From Myxococcota bacterium (GTDB taxonomy: Bacteria; Myxococcota; Myxococcia; Myxococcales; Myxococcaceae), in the NCBI GenBank assembly GCA_049322255.1, contig JBMORE010000146.1, positions 1-64,000 of the forward strand: 64,000 nt of DNA. The letters run 5' to 3'. The position numbers were made by a program, and so were the translations under genes. Every line of letters starts with the position of its first letter. Positions within the stretch are counted from its first letter, which is position 1. The notes under the pieces were generated by a model. It was not told the DNA's origin. It saw nothing but the letters and a program-made list of their open reading frames with translations, and ran no database searches. Below, piece after piece: positions 54,414-64,000 of the stretch.

Positions 54414-55130
54414 TTACGTCCCTTCCGCGGGGGTGGCGGTCACCGGAGCAACCGACGGCGGCGAAGCTTCGGCCGGGCTCGCTCCCTGCCCGGGCGCCGC
54501 GCGCTCGCGCAGCAGCTCGACGAACTCGTCGGAGAGCAGCCGGAGCTCGATGGCGATGCGACCCAACCGCGCCTGGAAGTAGTTGAAGAACACCACCGCC
54601 TGCACCGCTACCAAGATGCCCGCCGCGGTGGCCACCAGGGCCTCGGAGATGCCGGTCATCACCACCGCCGAGCCGCCGGTGCCGCCGGCTTCCACGTCGA
54701 GGCCGAGCTCCTTGAACGAGCGCATGATGCCCGCCACCGTGCCAAACAGCCCCACGAACGGAGTGGTGGCGCCGATGGTCCCCAACAGCCAGAGGTTTCG
54801 TTTCAGCTTCAGCGTCACCTGCGCCCGCTCGCGCTCGACGGCGGCGTCCAGGCTGACGTTGGCTCCCTTGGCCAGCCGGTCGAACCCGGCGAGGTAGATG
54901 TCGGCCGCCATCGCCTCCGATCGCTCGGCGGCCGTGCGCGCGGCGGTGACGTTCCCCGCCAACAAGTGCCGGGCGATGGTCTCTCCCAAGCTTCGCGCCG
55001 CGTCGCTCACTCCCCACAGGGCGATCACCCGCTCGATCGCCACCCCGAGGGCGAGCACCGAGGCCGCCAAGAGCACCGCCATCGTCACGCCGCCCAACGC
55101 GAGGTAGTGAAGTAGTTCGTCGAAGCTCAT
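54414..55130 (-). CDS. exbB: MotA/TolQ/ExbB proton channel
   Basis: TPFVGLFGTVAGI, GISEALVATAAG. Confidence 0.88.
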   Translation of the reverse strand: MSFDELLHYLALGGVTMAVLLAASVLALGVAIERVIALWGVSDAARSLGETIARHLLAGNVTAARTAAERSEAMAADIYLAGFDRLAKGANVSLDAAVERERAQVTLKLKRNLWLLGTIGATTPFVGLFGTVAGIMRSFKELGLDVEAGGTGGSAVVMTGISEALVATAAGILVAVQAVVFFNYFQARLGRIAIELRLLSDEFVELLRERAAPGQGASPAEASPPSVAPVTATPAEGT

Positions 55131-55159
55131 GGCCCGTTCTTACATAATGGGGTTCACCT

Positions 55160-55975
55160 TTGAACCGCCTACTTCTTTCGATCTTCCTGCTCGTCCTGTT
55201 CACCGGCTGCCCCCGGCGCATCGATTTCGGGCCGAAAGGGGAGGTGACCGACGCGCGCGAGCTCTTGAAGCTCACCTCCTTCGAAGAGAGCCAGGTGTAC
55301 AGCGTGCAGGGCGAGGCGAAGATTCGGGTCGACACGCCCCAAGGTAAAGGAGTGGCCACGCTGTTCATGGCGGTGAGCCACCCCAGCCTTCTTCGCCTGG
55401 AGTCGCTCGACTTCTTCGGCAAGCCCACGGCGGTGCTCGTCTCCGACGGCCAGCGTTTCGGCCTCTTCCAGGCAGAAGAGGGCAAGTACTACACGGGTCC
55501 CTCGAGCCCGCAGAACATCTCGCGCTTTCTGCCGTTGGTGCTCGCTCCCGAAGAGCTCACGGCTCTGATGCTCGGCCGCGCTCCCCGAATCCCTGCCGAG
55601 CGCGTCGAGTTGAAGGTCGACGTCGAAGAGCGGCGCTACGTCCTCATTCTCACTTCCGGGCCCGTGACTCAGACCTTGCACATCCACCTCCAGAACCACC
55701 GGGTGCTGGTGAGCGAGGTGCGGGGGGTGAATTCTTACGACTTGGCCTTCGAGAACATCGACTCGGTGAAGGGAGTCACCTACCCACGCCGGGTGCTGCT
55801 CGAGGCGCCGGGTGCGTCCACCGAGCTCGAGCTCAACTACAAGGACGTCGAAGTGAACTCCGCGCCGGATCTGACCATGTTCGAGCTAGAGCCTCCCGCC
55901 AACGTGCCGGTCATCGAAGTCGACGCGCTGGGCCAGCCGGTGCCGCCGAGCGCTGCCCGGGAGGCTTCCCCGTGA
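55160..55975 (+). CDS. Lipoprotein, LolA/LolB-fold-like (DUF4292-like)
   Basis: FTGC lipobox; LRLESLDFFG; beta-rich. Confidence 0.6.
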   Translation: MNRLLLSIFLLVLFTGCPRRIDFGPKGEVTDARELLKLTSFEESQVYSVQGEAKIRVDTPQGKGVATLFMAVSHPSLLRLESLDFFGKPTAVLVSDGQRFGLFQAEEGKYYTGPSSPQNISRFLPLVLAPEELTALMLGRAPRIPAERVELKVDVEERRYVLILTSGPVTQTLHIHLQNHRVLVSEVRGVNSYDLAFENIDSVKGVTYPRRVLLEAPGASTELELNYKDVEVNSAPDLTMFELEPPANVPVIEVDALGQPVPPSAAREASP

Positions 55976-57657
55976 AGTCGTGGCGCTTCGCCGCCGTCGG
56001 GTTGCTCGTGCTCGTCGGGTGCAAGAAGAACGAGCCGCCCTCGCCCGTTTGGCCTGCGCCCGCTCCTGAGTGGCTGGCGGGAAGGCTCCCGGCCGACGTC
56101 GGCGAGGGCGTGCCCAAGCGAGGAGGGGTCTTGGTGGTGCGGGTGCCCAACGAGCCGGCGGGCCTGTCGCTCCTGCACGACCAGATGGCCGAAGGGTGGA
56201 TGCGCCGCTACACCCAGGGCCCGCTGTACGAGACGCTGGCGGAGATGGACCGCGCGACCCACCCCCGCTACGACTTGAAGCCCTTGCTCGCCGAGTCGTG
56301 GAGCGAAAGCCCAGACCGTCTCACCCTCACCGTGCGGTTGCGCCGGGGAGTCCAGTTCCACAACGGAGCGCTCCTCACTGCGGGAGATTTGCGGGCGGTG
56401 ATGGACGCGATCATGAACCCCAAAAACCTCACCAAGAGCCTGGCGAGCTACTTCGTCGACGTGGCCGGCTACGAGGTGAAAGATGCGTACACCTTCGTTT
56501 TGCGCTGGAAGAAGCCGTACGTCCTGGCCACCCGCACCTTCCTCACCGCGGTGCCGCTGATGCCGGCCTCGGCGCTGGAGGGGGACTTCGACGGCTTGCC
56601 CATTCACCGCGCGCCCATCGGCACCGGCCCGTTTCAGTTCGTTTCCTGGGAGACCAACCGCTCCATCACCTACGCGCGCTTCCCCCGCTACTGGGGACCT
56701 GCGTCGCCGTTGGACCGCATCGTCATTCGCTTGGTGAAGGACCACACCGTGGCCACCCAGCTGTGGGAGCGGGGAGAGTTCGACCTGATGACCTTCATTC
56801 AGCCGACGGTGTGGCGCTCGATCGAGGCTCCCGGCCCCAAGAACGCCTGGGCGCAGAAGGGCTACCACCGGGTGATGTTCTTCGAGAACAACTACTCCTG
56901 GCTGGGCTGGAACGAGGCGCGGCCCTTCTTCCAGGACAAGCAGGTGCGGCGGGCGCTGGGCATGCTCTACCCGGCGCAGAAGGTAGCCAAGAACATCGAT
57001 CTTCAGCTGGAAGAGCCCACCACTTGCCCCTACTACCGCGACTCCGATAGCTGCGACCGGGCGGTGCAGCCGCTCCCGTACGATGTTTCGGCGGCGCGGG
57101 CGCTGCTGGCACAGGCCGGCTGGAAGGACTCCAACGGGGACGGAGTGCTGGACCAAGAGGGCAGGCCTTTTCGGTTCACTTTCCTGGCCAACCCCCACTC
57201 GGTGCGGATGAACAAGCTCTTGCCGCTGCTCCAGGAGGAGTACCGGCAGGTGGGCATCGAGATGGACATCGAGAAGGTGGAGACCGCGGTGTTCTTCTCC
57301 CGGCTGCGCGCGCACGACTTCGACGCCGCCAGTCTCTCCTGGTCCACCACCGACCGGGTGCAGGACAACTACCAGATCTTCCACTCCTCGCAGATCGAAG
57401 GCGGCTCCAACTTCGTGTCCTATTCCAACCCCGAGGTCGACCGGACGTTGGAGGCGATTCGCACCGAGCTCGACGATGCGCGCCGCGCCGCGCTGGAGCG
57501 GAAGGTGCACCGGCTGCTCTACGAAGATCAGGTCTACACTTTTCTCACCCACCGGGCGGCGCTCGACGCAGCGAAGACCCACGTGCGCGGTCTTGCCCCC
57601 GCGCTCAATTGGTACGACCTGCGCAAGGTGTGGCTGGCAGGCCCCGTTGGACGGTGA
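55972..57657 (+). CDS. Peptide/nickel ABC transporter substrate-binding lipoprotein (family 5)
   Basis: LVGC lipobox, PLLAESW, LRRGVQFH, PIGTGPF, YSNPEVD. Confidence 0.93.
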   Translation: MKSWRFAAVGLLVLVGCKKNEPPSPVWPAPAPEWLAGRLPADVGEGVPKRGGVLVVRVPNEPAGLSLLHDQMAEGWMRRYTQGPLYETLAEMDRATHPRYDLKPLLAESWSESPDRLTLTVRLRRGVQFHNGALLTAGDLRAVMDAIMNPKNLTKSLASYFVDVAGYEVKDAYTFVLRWKKPYVLATRTFLTAVPLMPASALEGDFDGLPIHRAPIGTGPFQFVSWETNRSITYARFPRYWGPASPLDRIVIRLVKDHTVATQLWERGEFDLMTFIQPTVWRSIEAPGPKNAWAQKGYHRVMFFENNYSWLGWNEARPFFQDKQVRRALGMLYPAQKVAKNIDLQLEEPTTCPYYRDSDSCDRAVQPLPYDVSAARALLAQAGWKDSNGDGVLDQEGRPFRFTFLANPHSVRMNKLLPLLQEEYRQVGIEMDIEKVETAVFFSRLRAHDFDAASLSWSTTDRVQDNYQIFHSSQIEGGSNFVSYSNPEVDRTLEAIRTELDDARRAALERKVHRLLYEDQVYTFLTHRAALDAAKTHVRGLAPALNWYDLRKVWLAGPVGR

Positions 57658-58643
57658 TGGCGGCCTTCCTCGCCAAGCGGCTCTTGCTCATGGTGCCCAC
57701 CTTCCTGGGCATCACCTTGCTCACCTTCGTCCTCGCTCACCTGGCGCCCGGCGATCCGCTCACCCTCGCCACCGAGACGCCCAGCGCGGCCGGGCGGGAG
57801 GTGCTCGAGCAGCTCAAGGAGGACCAAGGGCTTCACTTGCCCCTCCACCAGCAGTACGCGCGCTGGCTGTCGCGGGTGGTGAGGCTCGACTTCGGCCGCT
57901 CGACGCAAGACCTGCGGCCGGTGACGGAGAAGATCGGCGAGTCGCTGCCCAAGACGCTCCTCTTGTCCTTCTTGGCCCTCTTCTTCTCCTACGTGATTGC
58001 CGTGCCTTTAGGCGTGCTCTCGGCGGTCAAGCGGGGCACCCTCTTCGAACGGGTGGTCACCGTGGGGCTCTTCGTCCTCTACTCTCTGCCGTCCTTCTGG
58101 GTGGCGGTGATGCTCCTGCTCTACTTCGCCGGGGGCAGGGCGTTCGATTGGTTTCCCATGCAGGGGCTGACCTCGCCGGGCTTCGAGGGGCTCTCCTTCT
58201 GGGGCAAGGTTTTCGACGTGGCGTGGCACTTGGTGCTCCCGGTGGTGTGCCTCTCCTACGCCTCGCTGGCCTCGATCAGCCGCTACATGCGCTCGGGCAT
58301 GCTCGAGGTCATTCGCCAAGACTACATCCGCACTGCGCGGGCCAAAGGGTTGCCCGAGCGGGTGGTGGTGTTCAAGCACGCCTTGCGCAACGGCATTCTC
58401 CCCGTGGTGACGCTCTTGGGTCTGATGTTGCCGCACCTGTTGGGGGGCAGCGTGGTCGTCGAGCGCATCTTCGGCATTCAGGGCATGGGGCTTTTGGCCC
58501 TGGAGGCGATCTTTCACCGCGACTACCCGATGGTGATGGGCGTGACCACGCTGGTGGCGCTCTTCACCATGGGCTCGACGCTCTTGGCCGATGTGCTCTA
58601 TGCGCTGTTCGACCCGCGCATCGGCGTCGAGGAGGCAAGGTGA
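57657..58643 (+). CDS. Peptide ABC transporter permease (OppB/DppB-like)
   Basis: APGDP, DFGRS, DYIRTARAKGL, KHALRN, DPRI. Confidence 0.94.
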   Translation: MAAFLAKRLLLMVPTFLGITLLTFVLAHLAPGDPLTLATETPSAAGREVLEQLKEDQGLHLPLHQQYARWLSRVVRLDFGRSTQDLRPVTEKIGESLPKTLLLSFLALFFSYVIAVPLGVLSAVKRGTLFERVVTVGLFVLYSLPSFWVAVMLLLYFAGGRAFDWFPMQGLTSPGFEGLSFWGKVFDVAWHLVLPVVCLSYASLASISRYMRSGMLEVIRQDYIRTARAKGLPERVVVFKHALRNGILPVVTLLGLMLPHLLGGSVVVERIFGIQGMGLLALEAIFHRDYPMVMGVTTLVALFTMGSTLLADVLYALFDPRIGVEEAR

Positions 58644-59632
58644 GCGGCCCTGCCTTTCGCCACCTCTGGCACGTCGCGCTGGGGACGCTGGCGATGTTGT
58701 TCGCGGTGGCCCTGTTCGCCGACCAACTCGCCTCGGACAAGCCAGTGGGCTTACGGCTTGCCGGCGTCACCTACCTCTTCCCCAACGTCTTCGACCCACC
58801 GGCGCTGCGTACCCAGACCATCCACTCTTTGCGCGCCAGGCTCGATCGCGACCGCGGCGACTGGATGCTCGAGCCCTTGGTGCCCTTCGGTCCTCATCAG
58901 ACCTTCGCCCACCAGGAAGAGCGAGGGCCGCCGCCCTGGCCTCCGGATGCTGAGCATCCCTTGGGCACCGACGAGCTGGGGCGAGACGTCTTCGCCCGCA
59001 TCGTCCACGGGGCGCGGGTGAGCCTCACCGTGGGCTTGGTCGCCGTCGGGCTCTACGTGCTCATCGGCGTTTTTCTCGGAGCGATCGCCGGTTTCTACCG
59101 GGGCTGGGTCGATGCGGTGGTCTCACGGGCCATCGAAGTGGTGATGAGCTTTCCCACGCTCTTCCTCGTCCTCGCGGTGCTGGGGGTGATGCGGGTGCGG
59201 TCGCTTTGGCCGGTGATGGTGGTGATCGGCCTGACCCGGTGGACCGAGGTGGCGCGGTTGGTGCGCGGCGAGGTCTTGCGGCTCAAAGGGCAGGACTTCG
59301 TGCTCGCCAGCCGGGCGCTGGGAGCGAGCGATGCGCATCTACTCGTGCGGCATCTTTTGCCCAACGCGCTGGGGCCGGTGCTGGTCGCCGCCACCTTCGG
59401 AGTGGCAGGGGCGATTCTCCTCGAGAGCGGGTTGTCGTTCTTGGGCTTGGGGGTGCCTCCGCCGACCCCCAGTTGGGGCGAGCTGCTCACCCAAGCGCAC
59501 CGCTACCTCACTCACCCCGGGGCGTGGTGGCTCACCCTCTATCCAGGGTTGGCCATCTTCCTCACCGTGACGGCGTTTCATTTGGCAGGGGAGGGGCTGC
59601 GCGACGCGCTCGATCCGCGGCTGAAGGACTGA
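58640..59632 (+). CDS. Peptide ABC transporter permease (OppC/DppC-like)
   Basis: GTGA overlap; HPLGTDELGRD, RHLLPN, ESGLSFLGLG, GLRDALDPR. Confidence 0.94.
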   Translation: MSGPAFRHLWHVALGTLAMLFAVALFADQLASDKPVGLRLAGVTYLFPNVFDPPALRTQTIHSLRARLDRDRGDWMLEPLVPFGPHQTFAHQEERGPPPWPPDAEHPLGTDELGRDVFARIVHGARVSLTVGLVAVGLYVLIGVFLGAIAGFYRGWVDAVVSRAIEVVMSFPTLFLVLAVLGVMRVRSLWPVMVVIGLTRWTEVARLVRGEVLRLKGQDFVLASRALGASDAHLLVRHLLPNALGPVLVAATFGVAGAILLESGLSFLGLGVPPPTPSWGELLTQAHRYLTHPGAWWLTLYPGLAIFLTVTAFHLAGEGLRDALDPRLKD

Positions 59633-59687
59633 GGAAGACCCGCTACAATCGCTCGCCCCTGACGAGCCCTTCGGCCAAGGTGAAGCG

Positions 59688-60845
59688 GTGAGCAAGAAGA
59701 TCGGCGAGCTGTTGATCGAGTCCGGCGCCGCCTCCGAGGGCGACGTCGCTTTCGCGCTCAAGTTGCAGGAGGGGGGCGATGGGCGGCGGTTGGGCGAAAT
59801 CCTCGTCGAGGGGGGCAAGACCACCTCCCTCGCGGTGGCCCGGGCGCTGGCCACCCAGCACCAGCTTCCGTTCGTGCAGCTACCGGCGATTCCTCCCGCG
59901 GTGGCGGCCCTGGTCCCGCTCGACTATCAGGCCGAGAACCAGATGGTGGTGTTCCGCACCTCGAACGAGACCGATGGTGCGCGGGTGCACGTGGCGCTGG
60001 CCGATCCCACCCGGCTCGACATACTCGACGAATTGCGTTTTCAGCTGCGGCGGATGGTGACCGCCTACGTCGCCGCCGCTGACGACGTGGCCGGGGCCGT
60101 TGCCGCGCTCAAGGCGGGGGACGGGGAGGAGATCATCGTGGGAGAGTTGCTGGCTGACGGCGCCCCTTCTCCTGTTCCCTCTCCGGAAGAGCTCTGGCCG
60201 CCGCCTGCGTCAGCCAAGCCGGCGAGCGCAATGCCGGTTCCGGTGGTTCCCGCGACACTTGCCGAGGGGGTACCCGAGCCCATCACTGCGGTGATGCCGC
60301 CCCCTTCGAAACAGGCTTGGCCGGTCGCCATCGAGCCTACGCCCCTCCCTTCCGAGCCCGGGAACGAGTTGCGCGAGCACACGGCGGTTGACATCCCCAT
60401 CACCACCGATTGGAACACCCCCGCTCCGAGCCCCAAGGCGGCCTGGCCGGTGGCCCTGCAACCGACCCCTGCTCCCGAGGTGGAGGAGGCGCCCGAGCTG
60501 CCCCCCGAGCCGGTCAGCGTGGTGGGGCCGGCCCAGCCGCTCTCCTCGCCCAAGGAGATTCTCGCCGCCGCCGACGAGCTGGAGGCCCGGCTGATCGGCG
60601 ACAAGCCCGCCGCTGGAGGAAACCACGCCAAGCAGACGGTGGTGGCGAGAGCTCCCGCCCTGGAGATCTCCGAAGCGGATCTACAAATTCTCGACAGCCT
60701 CGAGCGCATGGCCAGGGGCGACGCGCCCACGCTGGATTCGGAGAAGGTCCGCCCGGCGCAGATGGTCGCCTCGCTCATCCGCCTGCTCATCAGGAAAGGC
60801 GTCATCCAAGAGATGGAGTTCCTCGACGAGCTGTCGCGGAAATGA
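59688..60845 (+). CDS. MshEN / GspE-N-terminal domain protein without ATPase; Pro-rich linker
   Basis: KIGELLIESG...ALKLQ and RLGEILVEGG...ALATQ; VALADP; C-terminal LIRLLIRKGVI. Confidence 0.8.
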   Translation: MSKKIGELLIESGAASEGDVAFALKLQEGGDGRRLGEILVEGGKTTSLAVARALATQHQLPFVQLPAIPPAVAALVPLDYQAENQMVVFRTSNETDGARVHVALADPTRLDILDELRFQLRRMVTAYVAAADDVAGAVAALKAGDGEEIIVGELLADGAPSPVPSPEELWPPPASAKPASAMPVPVVPATLAEGVPEPITAVMPPPSKQAWPVAIEPTPLPSEPGNELREHTAVDIPITTDWNTPAPSPKAAWPVALQPTPAPEVEEAPELPPEPVSVVGPAQPLSSPKEILAAADELEARLIGDKPAAGGNHAKQTVVARAPALEISEADLQILDSLERMARGDAPTLDSEKVRPAQMVASLIRLLIRKGVIQEMEFLDELSRK

Positions 60846-61807
60846 CCCCGCTGCTCGAGATCGAAAATCTGAAGACGGTGTTCACCACCGGCGGCCGTCC
60901 GTTGTGCGCGGTCGACGGCGTGTCGCTCACGGTCGAGGCCGGAGCGGTGCTGGGGCTTTTGGGCGAGTCGGGCTGCGGCAAGACCGCCACCGCGCTCTCG
61001 GTGATGCGGCTCGTCTCCGCCGGCCAGGTGAGCGGGCAGGTGCGTCTTCGTGGCCGCGAGCTCTTCACCCTTTCCGAGGAGGAGATGCGCCGAGTGCGGG
61101 GGGCGGAGCTCGCCATGGTCTTCCAAGAGCCGATGACCTCCCTCAACCCGGTCTTTCGCGTGGGCGAGCAGGTGGCAGAGCCCTTGCGGGTTCATCGCGG
61201 GCTTTTGCGCAAAGAGGCGCGCGCCCGGGCGATCGAGCTGTTGCGGCAAGTGGAGGTGTTCGACCCCGAGCGATGGGTCGACGCCTATCCGCACGAGCTG
61301 TCGGGCGGCATGCGCCAGCGGGTGCTCCTGGCCATGGCCCTTGCCTGTGAACCGTCGCTGCTCATCGCCGATGAGCCGACGAGCGCGCTCGATGTCACCG
61401 TGCAGGCGCAGGTGCTCGCCCTCTTGCGGCAGTTGGCCAAGGAGCGGCGCATGGGGGTGCTTCTCATCACCCACGATCTGGGGGTGGTGGCGCAGGCGTG
61501 CGACGAGGTGGCGGTGATGTACGGGGGAAGGGTGGTGGAGCGCTCGCCGGCGGAGGCGCTCTTCCGCGCGCCCGCGCACCCGTACACCGTGGGGCTTTTG
61601 CGCTCGATTCCTTCCTTGAAGACGCGGGGCGGAGCGCTCGAGGCGCTGGGCGGAGCTGTTCCCACGAGCGGGCGCTACCCGGCCGGGTGCCGCTTCAAAG
61701 ATCGCTGCGCCCGGGTGCTGCCCTCGTGCGATGAGGAGCCGGCACTGGTTTCGCGCGGCGAGGGGCGGGTCGCCTGTCACAACCCGGTGGAGAACGCTTC
61801 GGCATGA
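60842..61807 (+). CDS. Peptide ABC transporter ATP-binding protein (OppD-like)
   Basis: [29 protein letters not shown]. Confidence 0.95.
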   Translation: MTPLLEIENLKTVFTTGGRPLCAVDGVSLTVEAGAVLGLLGESGCGKTATALSVMRLVSAGQVSGQVRLRGRELFTLSEEEMRRVRGAELAMVFQEPMTSLNPVFRVGEQVAEPLRVHRGLLRKEARARAIELLRQVEVFDPERWVDAYPHELSGGMRQRVLLAMALACEPSLLIADEPTSALDVTVQAQVLALLRQLAKERRMGVLLITHDLGVVAQACDEVAVMYGGRVVERSPAEALFRAPAHPYTVGLLRSIPSLKTRGGALEALGGAVPTSGRYPAGCRFKDRCARVLPSCDEEPALVSRGEGRVACHNPVENASA

Positions 61808-62772
61808 GCACGCCGCTGCTTCAGGTCGAGCGTCTCACCCGCACCTTCCCTTGGCGCGGGAACGAGGTGGTTGCGCTCGAGGAGGTGAGCTTTTCCATCG
61901 CGCGCGGCGAGACGCTGGGGCTTTTGGGGGAGAGCGGGTGCGGCAAGACGACGTTGGCGAGGACGGTCTTGCGCCTCATCGAGCCCGACGGGGGTTCCAT
62001 TCGCTTCGACGGGCAGGAGCTGGTCGGCTTGAAGAGTCGGGCACTGCGCTCGCTGCGGCGGCGGATGCAGCCGGTGTTTCAAGACCCGTTCGGCTCGCTG
62101 AGCCCGCGCCTGACGGTGGGGGAGATTGTCGCAGAGGCGCTCATCCTTCACGGGCGCTTCACCCGACGGGAACGCGACCATCAGGTGGCGGCGTTGCTCG
62201 AGGCGATGGGGCTTTCCGCCGACATGCTGCGCCGCTACCCGCACGAGCTCTCCGGCGGCCAGCGTCAGCGCATCGGCATCGCCCGCGCGCTCGCCGCCGG
62301 GCCCGAGCTGGTGGTGGCCGACGAGCCGGTGAGCGCGCTCGACGTTTCCGTCCAGGCGCAGATCCTCAACCTGTTCGCCAAGCTGCGCAAAGAACGGGCG
62401 CTGACCTATCTGTTCATCGCCCACGACTTGCGGGTGGTGGCGCACCTTTCCGATCGGGTGGCGGTGATGTACGGGGGACGGCTGGTCGAGGTGGCGCCCA
62501 CCGAGGCGCTCTTCCACCGGCCGCGGCACCCCTACACCCAGCTCTTGCTCGCCTCGGCGCCGACGTTGGACCCCCGCCAGCGCACCGTGCCTGCGAAGGG
62601 GGCGGGAGCGCCTCTTTCGCGCCGCAAGCCCCCGAGCGGTTGCGCCTTTCACCCACGCTGCCCGGTGGCGGAGGAACGTTGCCGCCTCGAGCGCCCGCCG
62701 CTTTTGGAAGTGAGCCCCGACCACCACTCCGCCTGTTTCCTCGAGCACCCCTCTCCCAATGGGAGCGGGTGA
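61804..62772 (+). CDS. Peptide ABC transporter ATP-binding protein (OppF-like)
   Basis: [32 protein letters not shown]. Confidence 0.95.
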   Translation: MSTPLLQVERLTRTFPWRGNEVVALEEVSFSIARGETLGLLGESGCGKTTLARTVLRLIEPDGGSIRFDGQELVGLKSRALRSLRRRMQPVFQDPFGSLSPRLTVGEIVAEALILHGRFTRRERDHQVAALLEAMGLSADMLRRYPHELSGGQRQRIGIARALAAGPELVVADEPVSALDVSVQAQILNLFAKLRKERALTYLFIAHDLRVVAHLSDRVAVMYGGRLVEVAPTEALFHRPRHPYTQLLLASAPTLDPRQRTVPAKGAGAPLSRRKPPSGCAFHPRCPVAEERCRLERPPLLEVSPDHHSACFLEHPSPNGSG

Positions 62773-62781
62773 GGGTGAGGG
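62749..62781 (-). repeat. REP-like palindrome, second copy in inverted orientation
   Basis: Reverse complement ccctcaccctcacccgctcccattgggagaggg matches 38148..38180. Confidence 0.7.
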
Positions 62782-62784
62782 CAC

Positions 62785-63195
62785 GTGCCCCCGTTTTTCC
62801 TGAGCCACCACCACCCCGAGGAATTCCACCGCACCTACCTCTTGGGCCAAATACGCATCTGCGCGCGGTGTCTGGGCACCTACCCGGTGCTCTTCGCCGC
62901 CGTCAGCGTGCAGCTTTTCCTGCGGGCGCCCCTCTTGGCGCCCTTTGACCCCTTCCTCGCCGTCGCCCTGACCCTCCCCGCCCTCATCGACTGGGTGGTA
63001 GGCCGCTTCCGGCCCCACGCGGGCGCCAACTGGCTGCGCACCTTGACGGGCGCCCTCTTGGGACTGGCGCTGGGGCGCACCTTGTTCGTGCACCTTTTCC
63101 GCCCCTTCCACCCATCGCTGTTGCTTCAGCTCGGAGTGGTGACAGCGATTGCTTTGCCTGTCATTCTCGTCACTTACCGGCGGCGGGCGGGGTAG
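62785..63195 (+). CDS. DUF2085-like membrane protein
   Basis: ICARCLG, PALIDW, NWLRTLTG. Confidence 0.75.
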   Translation: MPPFFLSHHHPEEFHRTYLLGQIRICARCLGTYPVLFAAVSVQLFLRAPLLAPFDPFLAVALTLPALIDWVVGRFRPHAGANWLRTLTGALLGLALGRTLFVHLFRPFHPSLLLQLGVVTAIALPVILVTYRRRAG

Positions 63196-63231
63196 GTTCC
63201 AAGGGCATAGACCAGCGCGCTGGGTCGGACG

Positions 63232-63900
63232 TTGAAACCTGTGAGTGGCGAAACCGGGGGTTGGTTGGCACCGGAGACGACGACAGACGAGCAACTGATG
63301 CTCGCCTTCCAGTCGGGCGACGCGCGCGCGTTCGAGACGCTCGTGCGCCGTCACCGGGGGCCGGTGTTCAACTTCATCCTCCGCTTCGCCGGACAGCGGC
63401 AGCGGGCCGAAGACCTGCTGCAAGAGACGTGGTTGAAGGTGGTGCGGGGCGCGGGCGAGTACGAACCGAAGGCCAGGTTCACGACCTGGGTGTACACCAT
63501 CGCGAGGAATCTCTGCGTGGACAGCGCGAGGAAAGAGAGCTATCGCCAAGCCGACTCGCTCGACGCTCCGGTGGGCGGGGCGCCGGAGGGCGAGGGCCGG
63601 CTCCTGGGCGAATCGCTGCCCGACGGCGGCGGCATCGGCCCCGAGCGCGGCGCCTACAACGCGCGGGTGCGGCCGTTGCTCGAGCGCGCGCTCATGTCCT
63701 TGCCCGAGGAGCAGCGCGAGGTCTTCATCTTGCGCGAGTACAACGGAATCGCCTTCAAGGACATCGCCCAGGTGACGGGGGTGCCGGAGAACACGGTGAA
63801 AAGCCGCATGCGCTATGCCCTCGAGGGGCTGCGCCGCCGCTTGGCCGAGCTGGGCGTCGAGGGCGACCTCGCGGAGGACGGAAGGACGGTGGCGGGATGA
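63232..63900 (+). CDS. ECF RNA polymerase sigma factor (start may be ~30 nt downstream)
   Basis: GDARAFETL, AEDLLQE, FTTWVYTIARN, TVKSRM. Confidence 0.95.
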   Translation: MKPVSGETGGWLAPETTTDEQLMLAFQSGDARAFETLVRRHRGPVFNFILRFAGQRQRAEDLLQETWLKVVRGAGEYEPKARFTTWVYTIARNLCVDSARKESYRQADSLDAPVGGAPEGEGRLLGESLPDGGGIGPERGAYNARVRPLLERALMSLPEEQREVFILREYNGIAFKDIAQVTGVPENTVKSRMRYALEGLRRRLAELGVEGDLAEDGRTVAG

Positions 63901-64000
63901 ACGCCGGCGCACACCAATACGAGGACAAGCTCCTGGAGTTCGCCTACGGCGAGCTGCCCGCTCCCGAGGCGAAGGCAGTCGAGGCCCACCTAAAGTCCTG
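63897..64000 (+). CDS. Zinc-finger (zf-HC2) anti-sigma factor, 3' truncated by window edge
   Basis: ATGA overlap; MNAGAHQYEDKLLEFAYGEL...VEAHLKS, the window ending where the Cys of the HxxxC motif would fall. Confidence 0.8.
   Translation, partial: MNAGAHQYEDKLLEFAYGELPAPEAKAVEAHLKS

Noticed and set aside
53950..55130. Gliding motor AglRQS
   Set aside because: Only one TolQ-like and one TolR-like gene are present, with no gliding-gene context; it cannot be distinguished from generic ExbBD.

Overview
High-GC bacterial chromosomal window, almost certainly Myxococcota: it has MYXO-CTERM-like sorting tails, Cys-rich MopE-type repeats, a Frz-like chemoreceptor signature and myxobacterial-style REP palindromes. 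About 55 CDSs are supported. One 100-N scaffold gap carries a 127-bp duplicated overlap, which is an assembly artefact. Housekeeping or common genes include recJ, aspS, a Cpx-like two-component system, a CPA2 antiporter, MscS, a SNF2 helicase, MoxR/DUF58, a HEAT-cyclophilin, a REC-HD-GYP protein, a MaoC pair, acyl-CoA dehydrogenase, ExbBD, a peptide ABC transporter and an ECF sigma/anti-sigma pair. The most unusual block is 15.9-25.2 kb: two convergent operons, each encoding a Tyr-type (MauG/MbnH-like) diheme peroxidase, an outer-membrane barrel and a paralogous cupredoxin-like protein. One arm ends in a chemoreceptor and the other in a membrane cytochrome c plus a cytochrome c'-like protein, which suggests an uncharacterised trans-envelope heme/copper redox-sensing module. 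Other items of note are a ~150-nt four-way-junction element after recJ, inverted paralogous sorting tails around a heme-c/copper monooxygenase, a MaoC dehydratase with a histone-like tail, and an MshEN protein inside an ABC operon. No CRISPR array, tRNA, rRNA or transposase was recognised. All family calls come from motif recognition by eye, not from database searches.
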